64,000 nt of DNA, from assembly GCA_963850905.1 (NCBI GenBank), contig CAWKMU010000003.1, positions 960,001 to 1,024,000 of the forward strand, read 5' to 3'. The position numbers and the translations under genes were made by a program. Shown piece by piece: positions 29,247 to 39,309 of the stretch. Under the pieces are notes generated by a model, which ran no database searches, had not been told where the DNA came from, and was given only the letters and a program-made list of their open reading frames with translations. The stretch is from an uncultured Gemmatimonadales bacterium (GTDB lineage: Bacteria > Gemmatimonadota > Gemmatimonadetes > Gemmatimonadales > Gemmatimonadaceae). The first letter of the stretch is position 1. The number at the start of each line of letters is the position of its first letter.

Positions 29247-32200
29247 CATCCCTTCGTCTCGAGCCAATCCCGACCGATGCCCACGTCAACGAGAAGGGGA
29301 ACAGAGAGCTCCGCGGCATTTTCCATCTCGCTTACGACGAGGTGACGCAGCGGTTCGAGCTCCTCTGGAGGCGCCTCGAAGACCAACTCGTCGTGCACCT
29401 GCAGGAGCATGCGGCCGGAGAAGCGCTCTTCGCGCAAGCGGTCTGCAATGCGGATCATGGCGATCTTGATGAGGTCCGCAGCCGAACCCTGGATCGGCGA
29501 GTTCTGCGCCGTCCGCTCCCCAAATGCCCGAATGTTGAAGTTGCGGTCGCGCAGCTCGGGGATGTAGCGGCGGCGCCCAAAAATGGTTTGCACGTAGCCA
29601 CGCTCTCGCCCCTGGTCGATCATCGCATCGAGAAACGCGCGCACCCCTTGAAACCGCTCGAAGTACGTCGCGATGAATGCGCGGGCCTCGGCGTACTCGA
29701 TCTTGAGCTGCCGCGACAGCGCGTGCGCGCCTTGCCCATAGATCGTGGCGAAGTTGATGGTTTTTGCCAACGCACGCATCTCGGGCGTCACGTCCTCGAC
29801 GGGAGTCCCGAAGATAATCGACGCGGTCTGCCGGTGGATGTCGCCGCCCGACCGGAACGCGTCGACGAAGACCGGATCGCCCGACAGGTGCGCCAGTAGG
29901 CGAAGTTCGATCTGCGAGTAGTCGGCCGCGAGCAGATGCCATCCGCCGCGCGGGATGAAGCCGCGCCGGATGTCACGGCCCAGCTCTCGACGGATCGGGA
30001 TGTTCTGCAGGTTCGGGTCGCTCGACGACAAGCGACCCGTCGAGGCGACCGTTTGATTGAAGGACGTATGCACTCGCCCGTCTGCAGGCAGGATCAGCGC
30101 CGGCAATGCATCGAGATACGTCCCTTCCAGCTTGAACAGCTCGCGATACTCGAGCAGCAGCTCCGGCAGCGGGTGCCCCGCCTCCGCCAACTCTTGCAGC
30201 ACACTCGCGTCGGTCGAGGGCCCGCTTGCGGTCCGCTTGCGCACCGGAAGCTGGAGCTTGTCGAAGAGGATGGTTCGGAGTTGCGGGTTGGAGTTGATGT
30301 TGAATTCCTCACCGGCGGCGGCGTAGATCTCGCGCTCGACGCGCTCGCGCTCGCGCTGGAACCGCGCCTTGAGCGATCGGAACCACTCCACGTCGATCGC
30401 CACACCGGTCCACTCCATCTCGGCCAGCACATCCATCAGCGGCACCTCGATGTCGCGAAAGAGAGGCATCAGCGCGTGAGCCTCGAGCTCCGGCTCGAAG
30501 ACGGCGCGGAGACGAAGCGCCATGTCGGCGTTCTCGCACGAGTAGTCTCGCGCGCAATCGACGGGGACCTGATCGTACGGGATCTCTCCCCTCCCCTTGC
30601 CGCAGAGGTCGGCGTATGTCGTCACCCGATGGTCCAGAAACTCGAGCGCCAGCACATCCAGCCCATGCGAGCGGCGCCCCGGGTTGAGCACATAGCTCGC
30701 AACCATCGGATCGAAGTCGAGCCCCGCCAGCCGGACCCCCGCACGCCGCAGCGCCAGCACATCGAACTTCGAATTCTGCGCCGTCTTGCGGACCGAGCGA
30801 TCCTCGAGCAGTTCGCGCAGAGGCCGCATCTCCGGCTCAGCCAAGGACGGCAGGTTGCGAACGGGGGCAAGCCCGCCCCTCGCGATCCTCTCGGCAGCGA
30901 CCGAGACACCAGCTGCACGCGCGGGCGCCGCGCCGCCCCGATCGTCATCGTCGTCCGCATCCGACACCTCGCCAGCATCCGCGGACGCCGGACGTCCTCG
31001 GCGCCGCGAAGGTGCCGGCGCGGGACCTGACCCCACCCCCAGGTCCAGCTCTCCCGTGCCGGCGACGACCCCGACTCTGGCTTCCGGATCGCCGTCCTCT
31101 TCGAAGGCGAGCCCCTCGGGCCCCTCGATTAATCGAGCGGCCGCAATTGGCTCGACCTCGCTCCCGACGATCGAGGTCGGGTCGCGATGCGCCAATGGCA
31201 GGTAGTAGGCCTCACCTGGTGCAAGGGCAATCGACAGCCCGACAAGCGACGAGCGAAGGGGATCGACCGCGAGTGGAGAGTCGGGCTCGACGACGACTTG
31301 AGTATCGAGGGCGAAATGGCCGAGCCCGCGCGCCCGTCGCACCAGGGCCTGCACGTCGGCGACCGTGTCAACAGTACGATACTTAGTCTCGATAGGCGCT
31401 TTTGTTTGGACCTCGGTAACGGCGAGGTCCCGTGCCAGGGTGTGGAACTCCAGCTCGATGTAGATCTCACGAAGCTGGAGTGTGTCAGGCTCGCGGACGC
31501 GCAGGGACTCGAGATCGAGTGTGACGGGCAGATCGTCTCGTATAGTCACTAATTCCTTGGAAAGCACCGCGCGGTCAGCGTACTGCTGCAGGGCCTCCCG
31601 CGGGCGCTTCTTGGTGAGCTCAGCGGCGTGCGCGATGATCGATTCGAGTGGGCCGTACGTCTGAACGAGCTCGCGTGCTGTCTTCTCGCCGACACCCGGG
31701 ACGCCCGGCACGTTGTCCGAGCTGTCGCCTACCATCGCCAGGTAGTCGGTTACGAGTTGAGGCGGGACGCCGAGTCGTTCCTCAGCGTTCTCCACGCTGA
31801 CCCAATGCTCTTCGACATTGGCCGGACCGCCGCGGCCGGGGTTGAGGAGCCAGATGCCCGGCCGGACGAGTTGCTGGAAATCCTTGTCGCCCGAGACGAT
31901 GATCACGTTCACCCCGCGTTCGACCGCCTGGCGCGCCAACGTCCCGATCACATCGTCGGCCTCATAGCCCTCGAGCGTGATGTTGGGGATCCGGCTCGCT
32001 TCGAGTATGGAGCGGATTCGCTCCATACCGCGATCGAAATCAGACTGCAGTTCCTCGGACAGCTTCTGGCGCGTGGCCTTGTACGCCGGATACCGCTGGT
32101 GCCGGAACGACCTCCCCGAGTCATGGACCCAACCGAGGAAGTCAGGGCGATGGGTCGAGCGCAGCCGCTGGAGGAAGTTGACGACGCCCCACGCGGCCGA

Positions 32201-32323
32201 CGTATTCTCGCCACGGGCGGTGGTGAGCGGGCGGGAAATGAGTGCGTAGAACGCGCGGTAAATCAGCGCATAGCCATCGACTAGAAAGAGCCGAGGAGAC
32301 ACCGGGGTCGACGGGCTAGCCAT
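29246..32323 (-). CDS. polA: DNA polymerase I
   Basis: 5'-nuclease 'LVDGYALIYRAFYA', 'GYEADDVIGTL', 'GDSSDNVPGVPGVGEKTA'; polymerase 'TGRLSSSDPNLQNIP', 'ADYSQIELR', 'KTINFATIYG', 'LQVHDELV'. Confidence 0.97.
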   Translation of the reverse strand: MASPSTPVSPRLFLVDGYALIYRAFYALISRPLTTARGENTSAAWGVVNFLQRLRSTHRPDFLGWVHDSGRSFRHQRYPAYKATRQKLSEELQSDFDRGMERIRSILEASRIPNITLEGYEADDVIGTLARQAVERGVNVIIVSGDKDFQQLVRPGIWLLNPGRGGPANVEEHWVSVENAEERLGVPPQLVTDYLAMVGDSSDNVPGVPGVGEKTARELVQTYGPLESIIAHAAELTKKRPREALQQYADRAVLSKELVTIRDDLPVTLDLESLRVREPDTLQLREIYIELEFHTLARDLAVTEVQTKAPIETKYRTVDTVADVQALVRRARGLGHFALDTQVVVEPDSPLAVDPLRSSLVGLSIALAPGEAYYLPLAHRDPTSIVGSEVEPIAAARLIEGPEGLAFEEDGDPEARVGVVAGTGELDLGVGSGPAPAPSRRRGRPASADAGEVSDADDDDDRGGAAPARAAGVSVAAERIARGGLAPVRNLPSLAEPEMRPLRELLEDRSVRKTAQNSKFDVLALRRAGVRLAGLDFDPMVASYVLNPGRRSHGLDVLALEFLDHRVTTYADLCGKGRGEIPYDQVPVDCARDYSCENADMALRLRAVFEPELEAHALMPLFRDIEVPLMDVLAEMEWTGVAIDVEWFRSLKARFQRERERVEREIYAAAGEEFNINSNPQLRTILFDKLQLPVRKRTASGPSTDASVLQELAEAGHPLPELLLEYRELFKLEGTYLDALPALILPADGRVHTSFNQTVASTGRLSSSDPNLQNIPIRRELGRDIRRGFIPRGGWHLLAADYSQIELRLLAHLSGDPVFVDAFRSGGDIHRQTASIIFGTPVEDVTPEMRALAKTINFATIYGQGAHALSRQLKIEYAEARAFIATYFERFQGVRAFLDAMIDQGRERGYVQTIFGRRRYIPELRDRNFNIRAFGERTAQNSPIQGSAADLIKIAMIRIADRLREERFSGRMLLQVHDELVFEAPPEELEPLRHLVVSEMENAAELSVPLLVDVGIGRDWLETKG

Positions 32324-32383
32324 GGAGGAAAGGTATCTGGTCGCGAACTGGCCGTTCAGCACCGGCCACAACAACGTGGTTCG

Positions 32384-33304
32384 CTACGCTTTCTTGCCGC
32401 CCAACACGCCCTTCATTCGTGAAAAGAGCCCGGTCTTCGCACCGGGCGCGCGCGTACTCGCGGCGACGGCATCCCGAAACGCACCGGCGAATGCCTCGAC
32501 GTCGGCATAACGTCCCGCCGGCTGCTTCGCCAAACCGCGCATCACCACTTCTTCGACAGGGGGCGGGAAGGTGAGCCCGGGCCGCGCCTTGTTCAGCGGG
32601 GTCGGCGGCTGCGTGAGTAGCTGGGTGAACATCTCGCGCTGTGACTTGGCGACGAATGGCAAGCAGCCCGTCAGGAGATAGTAGGTGATCGTCGCGAGGC
32701 TGTACTGATCCGCCGCGGGCGTCACCATCTCACCCGACAACGCTTCCGGCGCGACATACATGAGCGTGCCGACGAAGAATCCCGCCCGCGTCAAGCGATC
32801 TTCCGCGGCCATGTCGGTGTCTGCCGCGATCCCGAAGTCGAGCAGCTTCACGCGTCGCGAGGTCGCATCGTACATCACGTTGTCGGGCTTGAGATCGCGA
32901 TGGATGATGCCCGCCGCGTGCGCGGCGTGTACGGCGTTGGCAATCTGCCCGACGATCTCGACGACCTCATCGAGGGGCAGCGGCGCGTTGCGCTTCGCAT
33001 AACGCTCGAGCAGCTCGCCACTGGCCCACTCGATCGCCAAGAAGTGGAGCCCGGGGCCGGCCTGCCCAATCTCGATCGTGCGGACGACGTTGGGGTGGGT
33101 GACCCGAGCGCCGTAGTTGGCCTCGCGGACGAAGCGCGTCACCGCGGTCTTGTCATCGCGTAGCTTCTCGCGGAGCAGCTTGAACGCGACGGCCCCGTGC
33201 TGCGGGTGGGTCGCCCGAAAAACGGCCGCCGTGCCGCCCTCGCCGACCATGTCGCCAAGCGTGTAACCCGCCAGCGTCTTTCCTGAGAGCTGCTCTCGCG
33301 GCAC
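32384..33304 (-). CDS. Hanks-type Ser/Thr protein kinase (stand-alone catalytic domain)
   Basis: 'GEGGTAAV', 'AFKLL', 'HRDLKPDN', 'DFGIA', 'GTLMYVAPE'. Confidence 0.9.
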   Translation of the reverse strand: MPREQLSGKTLAGYTLGDMVGEGGTAAVFRATHPQHGAVAFKLLREKLRDDKTAVTRFVREANYGARVTHPNVVRTIEIGQAGPGLHFLAIEWASGELLERYAKRNAPLPLDEVVEIVGQIANAVHAAHAAGIIHRDLKPDNVMYDATSRRVKLLDFGIAADTDMAAEDRLTRAGFFVGTLMYVAPEALSGEMVTPAADQYSLATITYYLLTGCLPFVAKSQREMFTQLLTQPPTPLNKARPGLTFPPPVEEVVMRGLAKQPAGRYADVEAFAGAFRDAVAASTRAPGAKTGLFSRMKGVLGGKKA

Positions 33305-33361
33305 GAGGGGAAACTAGAGGGACGAGGGAACGGACGCGATGCGCCCGACACGGTAGCTGGC

Positions 33362-33420
33362 CAGAAGGTAGAAAGTAGACAACGACCGGTGCCCTAAACA
33401 GGTCTACTTTGTACTTTCTG
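33362..33420. repeat. Short heptamer-armed palindrome (AAAGTAG arms)
   Basis: cagaaggtagaaagtagac ... gtctactttgtactttctg; overlaps the histidine kinase stop codon. Confidence 0.65.
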
Positions 33421-34557
33421 CGGATCTCCCTTCTCGGGCGCGGCTGCGTCCGCCCCTGACCCCTGATCCCCGACCCCTGGCCGCGCCGTTCTGGTCTGCG
33501 GATTCAAGTCGACCGCGTCGACAGGTAACCAGACGGTAAACGTTGACCCTTTGCCAAGGTCGCTTTCGAGGGAGATGTCGCCACCGAGGAAGCGTGCGAG
33601 TCGACGTGAGATGGTGAGGCCGAGGCCCGTGCCCCGTTTCCCGGCGTCGCCACGTGCGCCAGCGTTGACTTGCTGGAACTCCTCAAAGATCCGCTCCTGA
33701 TCGATCGCCGCAATGCCGATCCCGGTGTCACTCACCTGGATTGCCGCCCATGCGCTTGCGGTCCCAGTCGCACTCCCGGACGCGGCCGGGGCATCGCTAA
33801 TCCGGGCTGGGAGCATCGCCGGCCTCTGGACGGTCGCCGGCACCTCGGTCGCCGACACGACACGCGCTCGCAGTGCGATGGAGCCCGCAGGGGTGAACTT
33901 GACCGCGTTGCCCAGCAAGTTCACGAGAATCTGCCTGAGGTGCGTCGGGTCGGTCCGGAGCCGTGGCAGGAGAGGGCCCACACCCAGCGACACCGACAGT
34001 CCTTTCTCATTTGCCAACGGCTCGACGTCCGCAGCGACATCGAGGATGAACGGGCGCAGGTCGACCAACTCCGGGTGCACCTCGAGGCGGCCGGCGGCCA
34101 TCTTCGCCAAGTCGAGGATTTGATCCACGAGCTCCCGTAGATGATTCGCCGAGGCCTCGATGCGGTGCACCGGCGCGGCCTGCCGCGGCGTCAACTCGCC
34201 GTAGAAACCATCGCGCATGAGATCGACGAAACCGACGATCGCATTGAGCGGGGTACGCAGCTCATGTGAGACATTGGCCAGGAACTCGCTCTTGGCTCGA
34301 TTCGCACGCAGCAACTCCGCGGACAGCCGTTCCAGTTCACTGGACCGTTCCGCCACGCGACGCGTCAATCGCCGTTCGTGCGCGATGGACACCGCGAGCA
34401 CGACGAGCGAGAGGATTCCCAATGCCCAAAGCCCGACCCGCATGGTCCGGTCGCCACCCGACGCCGCGAGTGCGCGATCGGCGAGATACAGCAACGCGAT
34501 CACGAACGCGGCGACGGCTGTCACGACCAGTGTGGAGAAGCGGATCGGGGAGGGCAT
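33394..34557 (-). CDS. Membrane sensor histidine kinase (2 TM, HisKA, HATPase)
   Basis: 'FLANVSHELRTPLNAI', 'NLLGNAVKFT', 'DTGIGI', 'GTGLGL', 'GKGSTF'. Confidence 0.9.
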   Translation of the reverse strand: MPSPIRFSTLVVTAVAAFVIALLYLADRALAASGGDRTMRVGLWALGILSLVVLAVSIAHERRLTRRVAERSSELERLSAELLRANRAKSEFLANVSHELRTPLNAIVGFVDLMRDGFYGELTPRQAAPVHRIEASANHLRELVDQILDLAKMAAGRLEVHPELVDLRPFILDVAADVEPLANEKGLSVSLGVGPLLPRLRTDPTHLRQILVNLLGNAVKFTPAGSIALRARVVSATEVPATVQRPAMLPARISDAPAASGSATGTASAWAAIQVSDTGIGIAAIDQERIFEEFQQVNAGARGDAGKRGTGLGLTISRRLARFLGGDISLESDLGKGSTFTVWLPVDAVDLNPQTRTARPGVGDQGSGADAAAPEKGDPQKVQSRPV

Positions 34558-34689
34558 GGGGGATTAGACGCTAGACGCTGGACGTTAGAGAACTAACCGA
34601 GAATTTGTCGCCGTGCACGGCGGCTGGCTTTTGTGTTAGTTCCAGCGTCTAGCGTCTAGCGTCTAACGTCCAGCGTCTAATCCCCCATG
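34555..34689. repeat. Heptamer-armed palindromic element (TRGACGY arms, 37-bp core) spanning the whole divergent intergenic region
   Basis: AACTAAC 34591-34597, core 34598-34634, GTTAGTT 34635-34641; arms extend into both start codons. Confidence 0.85.
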
Positions 34690-35274
34690 CCTTCGTCCCA
34701 ACACGATCGCCTGATCCGCCTCACGGAGTTGCTGGCCTCGCGATCAGCGCGGCATGGCGACTTTACCCTCGCCTCCGGGCGGCGCTCGAACCTCTATATC
34801 GACGCTCGGTTGACGACCATGCACCCTGAGGGCCTGGCACTGATCGGACCCGCTGGCCTCAGCAGCATCCGCGCGAGTGCCTGGGGTCGAGAGGTGGCCG
34901 CCGTTGGCGGCTTGACGTTGGGCGCTGACCCGATCGCGTATGCCATCAGCTATGCGAGCGCGCTCGAGAGCCCCACCCGGCTGATCCGCGCATTCACCGT
35001 CCGCAAGGAAGCCAAGGCACACGGAACCGGGAAGCTCATCGAAGGACCATTCGAGAGCGGCGATCGGGTCGCGATCGTGGAGGATGTGATCACGACGGGT
35101 GGCTCGGCCCGTCGTGCCGTCGAAGCTGTTCGCGCCGCCGGCGGAGACGTCGCCGGCGTCCTCGCCCTCGTCGACCGTGAGGAAGGGGGACGGGAGGCGC
35201 TCGAGGCGGATGGGTTACAGGTGGAGGTGCTGGTGAGGGCGAGCGAGGTGCTGAAACTGTTGAAGGTCGGGTAA
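34687..35274 (+). CDS. pyrE: Orotate phosphoribosyltransferase
   Basis: 'GDFTLASGRRSNLYID', 'VRKEAKAHG', PRPP motif 'IVEDVITTGGS', 'VDREEGG'. Confidence 0.93.
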   Translation: MPSSQHDRLIRLTELLASRSARHGDFTLASGRRSNLYIDARLTTMHPEGLALIGPAGLSSIRASAWGREVAAVGGLTLGADPIAYAISYASALESPTRLIRAFTVRKEAKAHGTGKLIEGPFESGDRVAIVEDVITTGGSARRAVEAVRAAGGDVAGVLALVDREEGGREALEADGLQVEVLVRASEVLKLLKVG

Positions 35275-35375
35275 CTGGTGACGGGTTGGCCGGCGTCGGG
35301 TTCCGGGCGTGACCGCTGCGACAGTAGCGCGACACCATCCGGCGAACCGCATACAGGAACGGCCTGATGGCCGTC

Positions 35376-36251
35376 CTATGTGCCGGACGGGCGGCGAGGC
35401 TCCCGCAACGGCGAAAACGCGGCCAATACGCCAATGTACCTCTGTACGAGCTCGGCTCTGAACCGATTCAGCATCCGGCGCCCGTCATAGCTGTGCCGAA
35501 ATGCTGGGACGGTGAGGCCGAGGTGGCGCAACAGGTGCCGGCTCAGAGCCTGGGGCGATGAGTATTCGAGCGCCGTCGCTGCCGCCGCGAAGGACACCCC
35601 GGGATTTTCGAGCAGCGCGGCCGCTTTGACGAGACGTGCCCAGGACAGATAGATCTTCGGCGACGGCAAGCCGGCGCGAGCGAATCGACTAATCAACGTC
35701 GACGGTTCCACCGCGAATAGGCGGCCGAGCTGCTGGACACGCACCACCGATTCGCCCACGGCGAACACCGTCGTGAAGAAGCGCCGACAATCGTCGCTCG
35801 CACCAAGCAGATCCTCTCCCATCTGCGAGATCGCCGTGGTCACGATATCCGCAGCGGAGGACCGTTCGGCGAGCGCATCGCGGAGCGTACGCCACCCGTC
35901 GGAAGCTCGGGTGTCGACGACGGTGCGGACGCCGCTGCGACCGAGCAATAGCATTGCCGACGGCGCCCCGTCCGCCGCTTCACTCAACAGTGCCAGCGCC
36001 GTGACGCCCGGAAAATCTCGGACTATTCGGGTCAGTCGACCCTCAATGCGAGGCGTGTTGTTCGACTGGCAGCAGGCGACTGAGATGACGACGGCCCGCG
36101 CGCTGCGGCCACGTACATCCGTCATGACTTCGTCGATCGAATCCCAATGCGCCAGCTCGTACGCACCGGTTCCAACCGCATCCACGCGACGGCGCTCTGA
36201 TGCGGTCAGCATTGTCGAAACGAGCATGCGGGTGCGCATGGCCAGTACCAT
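35376..36251 (-). CDS. AraC-like helix-turn-helix transcriptional regulator
   Basis: C-terminal 'PSTLISRFARAGLPSPK..L...RL..AA.LL', 'LEYSSPQALSRHL'. Confidence 0.7.
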   Translation of the reverse strand: MVLAMRTRMLVSTMLTASERRRVDAVGTGAYELAHWDSIDEVMTDVRGRSARAVVISVACCQSNNTPRIEGRLTRIVRDFPGVTALALLSEAADGAPSAMLLLGRSGVRTVVDTRASDGWRTLRDALAERSSAADIVTTAISQMGEDLLGASDDCRRFFTTVFAVGESVVRVQQLGRLFAVEPSTLISRFARAGLPSPKIYLSWARLVKAAALLENPGVSFAAAATALEYSSPQALSRHLLRHLGLTVPAFRHSYDGRRMLNRFRAELVQRYIGVLAAFSPLREPRRPSGT

Positions 36252-36298
36252 GCGGACGGAGAGTCAGAGGGGCGTCAGCGAGGGCTGGACGCTAGAGG

Positions 36299-37276
36299 CT
36301 ATTTCGTCCGGACTATTTTCGCGCTCCACTCGGCCGGCTGATGCATGTATTGCGGCCTGCCATCGATCGTGGCGTCGATGTCGAAGACGGTGGCGGTATG
36401 ACTCGAGAGAAGCACGCCGGTCGCTTGCTCGTAGTATTGCTGGATCGTGCCGCTGCCAGTGGCGTGAATGGTCACGAGGTCGGCGTGGCGGCGCGCTTCG
36501 CCGTCCCACGACTCGCTTTTGGTGTAGCTCACCATGATGGAGGGCGCGCCGGTCGTTGGGTCGGGTGTCACCGCTCCGACCGTGCCAACCCGAATCGTTC
36601 GCGTGGTCAGGGGAATGCCGCCCAGGCACGACGCCCGTGTCAGCGTGTCGGTCCATTGCGTGCCAGCCACAAAGGACCGGGGCCGATCCGTTGCAAGTGT
36701 CTCATCCGCTTCGGCGGGGCCCGGCGGCGGACAACCCGGCACTGCCGCGGAGTCGCCCGGACGGTGAACAGCGCCCGCGAGCGTATCGATTCGCGCGTCG
36801 AAGAACGCGACCTTGACGTCCGCCGCCCCGGTGTCCGCACCGCTGCGCGGTACCGAAGGTGCTGTTGCTGGCGATTCGGCGCTCGGTGACGTGGGCGCGG
36901 CCGAGGACCGGCTCGCAGTGCTCGCGGCGGCCTGAACGCGCGCGCTGACCAGAACGCTGTACCGGACCTGGCCGGCGACGCGCAGGAGCGGCCCCTCCCA
37001 ATTCGCGTCATATGTCACCGTCGAGTGCGTCCTCACGGTGTCCGGGTGCGCAGCCGTATCGCGCGGTGAAGAGACGACACCGACGCTTTCGACATCGTAG
37101 ACGAAGTGGCCTGGCGCGTAACGAGGCGGAAGGCGCGACGCGGATGCCGGTGCCGGCCGCGGCGCGCCGGCCGCGGGGGCTGGGCCGCCAGCGGGTCGCG
37201 GTACGCACGCGACTACAGCCGCGGCAATCGCCGCAGCTGTAGCAAGCGTGAAGAGAAGGGAAGCACGACGAAACAC
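36299..37276 (-). CDS. Hypothetical lipoprotein
   Basis: GTG after GAGGG; hydrophobic signal ending 'VVAC'; directly downstream of rnpB. Confidence 0.6.
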   Translation of the reverse strand: MFRRASLLFTLATAAAIAAAVVACVPRPAGGPAPAAGAPRPAPASASRLPPRYAPGHFVYDVESVGVVSSPRDTAAHPDTVRTHSTVTYDANWEGPLLRVAGQVRYSVLVSARVQAAASTASRSSAAPTSPSAESPATAPSVPRSGADTGAADVKVAFFDARIDTLAGAVHRPGDSAAVPGCPPPGPAEADETLATDRPRSFVAGTQWTDTLTRASCLGGIPLTTRTIRVGTVGAVTPDPTTGAPSIMVSYTKSESWDGEARRHADLVTIHATGSGTIQQYYEQATGVLLSSHTATVFDIDATIDGRPQYMHQPAEWSAKIVRTK

Positions 37277-37290
37277 CGCACCCTCAATTT

Positions 37291-37720
37291 CCGGCCGCCG
37301 GTCTATAAGCCGGGTTCTGTCGGACACAAGATGCTGACTGCGTTCCCATGTCCGGACGGTCATTTCTCTCGGGATGCGGTCGCCCGCACCCTCTAGCAGC
37401 CTACCCGCGGCGTCTTGATCGGGGCGGGCCACCCCTCGCCGCATACTTGGCCTTGCTCCGACTGTGGTTTACCCTGCCACCCGCGTTGCCGCGAGTGCGG
37501 TGGTGCTCTTACCCCACCTTTTCACCCTTACCTGATCCCTCGATCGCTCGAGGGCCATCGGCGGTGTGTTTTCTGTGGCACTGTCAGTCACGCGAGTCAT
37601 GTTGCCATGCCTCCTCGTGCCCAGGCGTTACCTGGCAGCCTGCCCTGTGGAGCCCGGACTTTCCTCGATCCGTCGACCGAACTGTTCGGCCTCCGTGTCG
37701 CGACCGTCCGACCGGCGGCG
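37291..37720 (-). ncRNA. rnpB: RNase P RNA (bacterial type A)
   Basis: Minus strand shows GAGGAAAGTCCGGGCTCC near the 5' end and ACAGAACCCGGCTTAT near the 3' end; P1 pairing gccgccggtc/gaccggcggc; TATATT -10 upstream. Confidence 0.95.
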
Positions 37721-37739
37721 TCTGGGGGGAAATATAAGG

Positions 37740-37992
37740 CGGGTTTGGGGTCTGGGGTTTGGGGTTTGGGGAAAAACAACGACTGGCCACGACCCAAACG
37801 GGCGGCCTTAAGGCCGCCCCTACATGTTGCTGCGGGCGGCTCCTGAACGGAATTCGTCGACCCGGTTCTACGACGTCGGCAGAGCACTCCGGCGGTTCAC
37901 CGTCCGCGCCGACATGTAGAGGCGGGCTTTAGCCCGCCCGCTGTTGTCGTGCCGTTGGTTGCTGTTCCCCCCAAACCCCATACCCCATACCC
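37740..37992. repeat. REPIN-like element (37800-37939) enclosed by GGGGTTT heptamer arms
   Basis: Same GTAG-REP pair with 92-bp spacer; arms ggggttt/ggggtct and aaacccc/atacccc. Confidence 0.85.
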
Positions 37993-38006
37993 GCCGTTAT
38001 GCCCAA

Positions 38007-39119
38007 CTAATCCACCAACCGTAAGGGCATCACCAAGCAGAGATATTTCGCGGGATCGGACCACCCATCTGGCTCGATCGTCGCCGCGCGCTCGGGAGCC
38101 TTGAAAGTCATCTTCACTTCGTCGGTCGGCATGTATCGCAGGATCTCGAGCAGGTATGCGGCGTTGAAGCCGATGTCGAGCGGATCGCCAGTGTATCGGA
38201 TTGGCAGCTCGTCCTGGGCCTCGCCGAGATCGGGGGTCTGCACGCTGAACTTGACCGAGCCGGCGTTGAGGGACATCCGGATCCGGTGGGTTTGGTCGGA
38301 CGCGACGATCGCCATCCGGCGCAGCGCACCGGTCAACGCGCTCTTGTCCACCGTCGCAATGCGGTCGTTGTCGCGAGGGATCACCTGCTCGTAGTTCGGA
38401 TACGGCCCCTCGATCAGGCGCGTAAAGACGGAGGTGACCGGCGAGCGGAAACCGAGATGGTTGTCACCGCGAGCGATCTCCAGTTCCTCCTCGGCCGGAT
38501 AGAGGCGCCGTACCTGCTCCAGCGCTTTCGGTGGTACGATGAGGTCGCTCGACGCCGCAGCACCAGCAGCGAGTGGCTGATCCATCTTGGCCAAGCGATG
38601 CCCATTCGTCGCCACCATCCGCATGTGATCCGGCCGCAGCTCCCACAACACGCCGTTGAGAATCGGACGACTCTCCTCGGTCGACACCGCGAAGGACGTG
38701 TGCTGAATGAGCTTCTGCAGATCTCCGGACTTGATGCGCCATCCGTCCGTGAACCGGACAGCCGGGAAACTCGGAAACTCGTCGCGCGGAATACCGAGCA
38801 ACTTGAAGCGCGAACGACCACAGTCGATCGTGATGCGCTGCTCGCCCGCCGCCGCGATCTTCACGGGAGCTGGCACCAGCTCACGCGCGATCTCCGTCAG
38901 CTTCTTGGCCGGGATAGTGACGGCGCCCGCGATCTCGACGTCCGCGCTTACCTCGGTGCTGACCGCGATGTCCAGATCGGTCCCCGACAGCCGAATGCCG
39001 CGGTCAGTGGTCTCGAGTAGGATGTTCGCCAGCACCGGCAGCGTCGTCTTGCTGGGGACACTAGCCCCGACGGCCGTGAGCCCCTCTTGTAGCTTTTCCC
39101 GCGTAATCGTCAGGCGCAT
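38007..39119 (-). CDS. dnaN: DNA polymerase III beta sliding clamp
   Basis: 'KTTLPVLANILL', 'GTDLD', 'RPILNGVL', 'ATNGHRL', 'LIEGPYPNY', 'GFNAAYL', 'LVMPLR'. Confidence 0.97.
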   Translation of the reverse strand: MRLTITREKLQEGLTAVGASVPSKTTLPVLANILLETTDRGIRLSGTDLDIAVSTEVSADVEIAGAVTIPAKKLTEIARELVPAPVKIAAAGEQRITIDCGRSRFKLLGIPRDEFPSFPAVRFTDGWRIKSGDLQKLIQHTSFAVSTEESRPILNGVLWELRPDHMRMVATNGHRLAKMDQPLAAGAAASSDLIVPPKALEQVRRLYPAEEELEIARGDNHLGFRSPVTSVFTRLIEGPYPNYEQVIPRDNDRIATVDKSALTGALRRMAIVASDQTHRIRMSLNAGSVKFSVQTPDLGEAQDELPIRYTGDPLDIGFNAAYLLEILRYMPTDEVKMTFKAPERAATIEPDGWSDPAKYLCLVMPLRLVD

Positions 39120-39309
39120 TCCTACCCCAGCGGCGGTTACAGTTGGCAACTCGATCCCGTGCATTCACGCCGGGTGAGCGGCCCCTCTCGCTCGTGTCGT
39201 CCCGTTGACCGAGGGCAATCGGTACACACGTCTCCGAGCACAGTTACCGTGGCCGAAACACTTGGTCCTTGGACCGGCGCATGCTTTCCGGACTCGGCGG
39301 CCACCGTCG

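Noticed and set aside
36299..37444. 381-aa ORF overlapping rnpB
   Set aside because: The upstream part lies within RNase P RNA; the plausible start with SD and signal peptide is 37276
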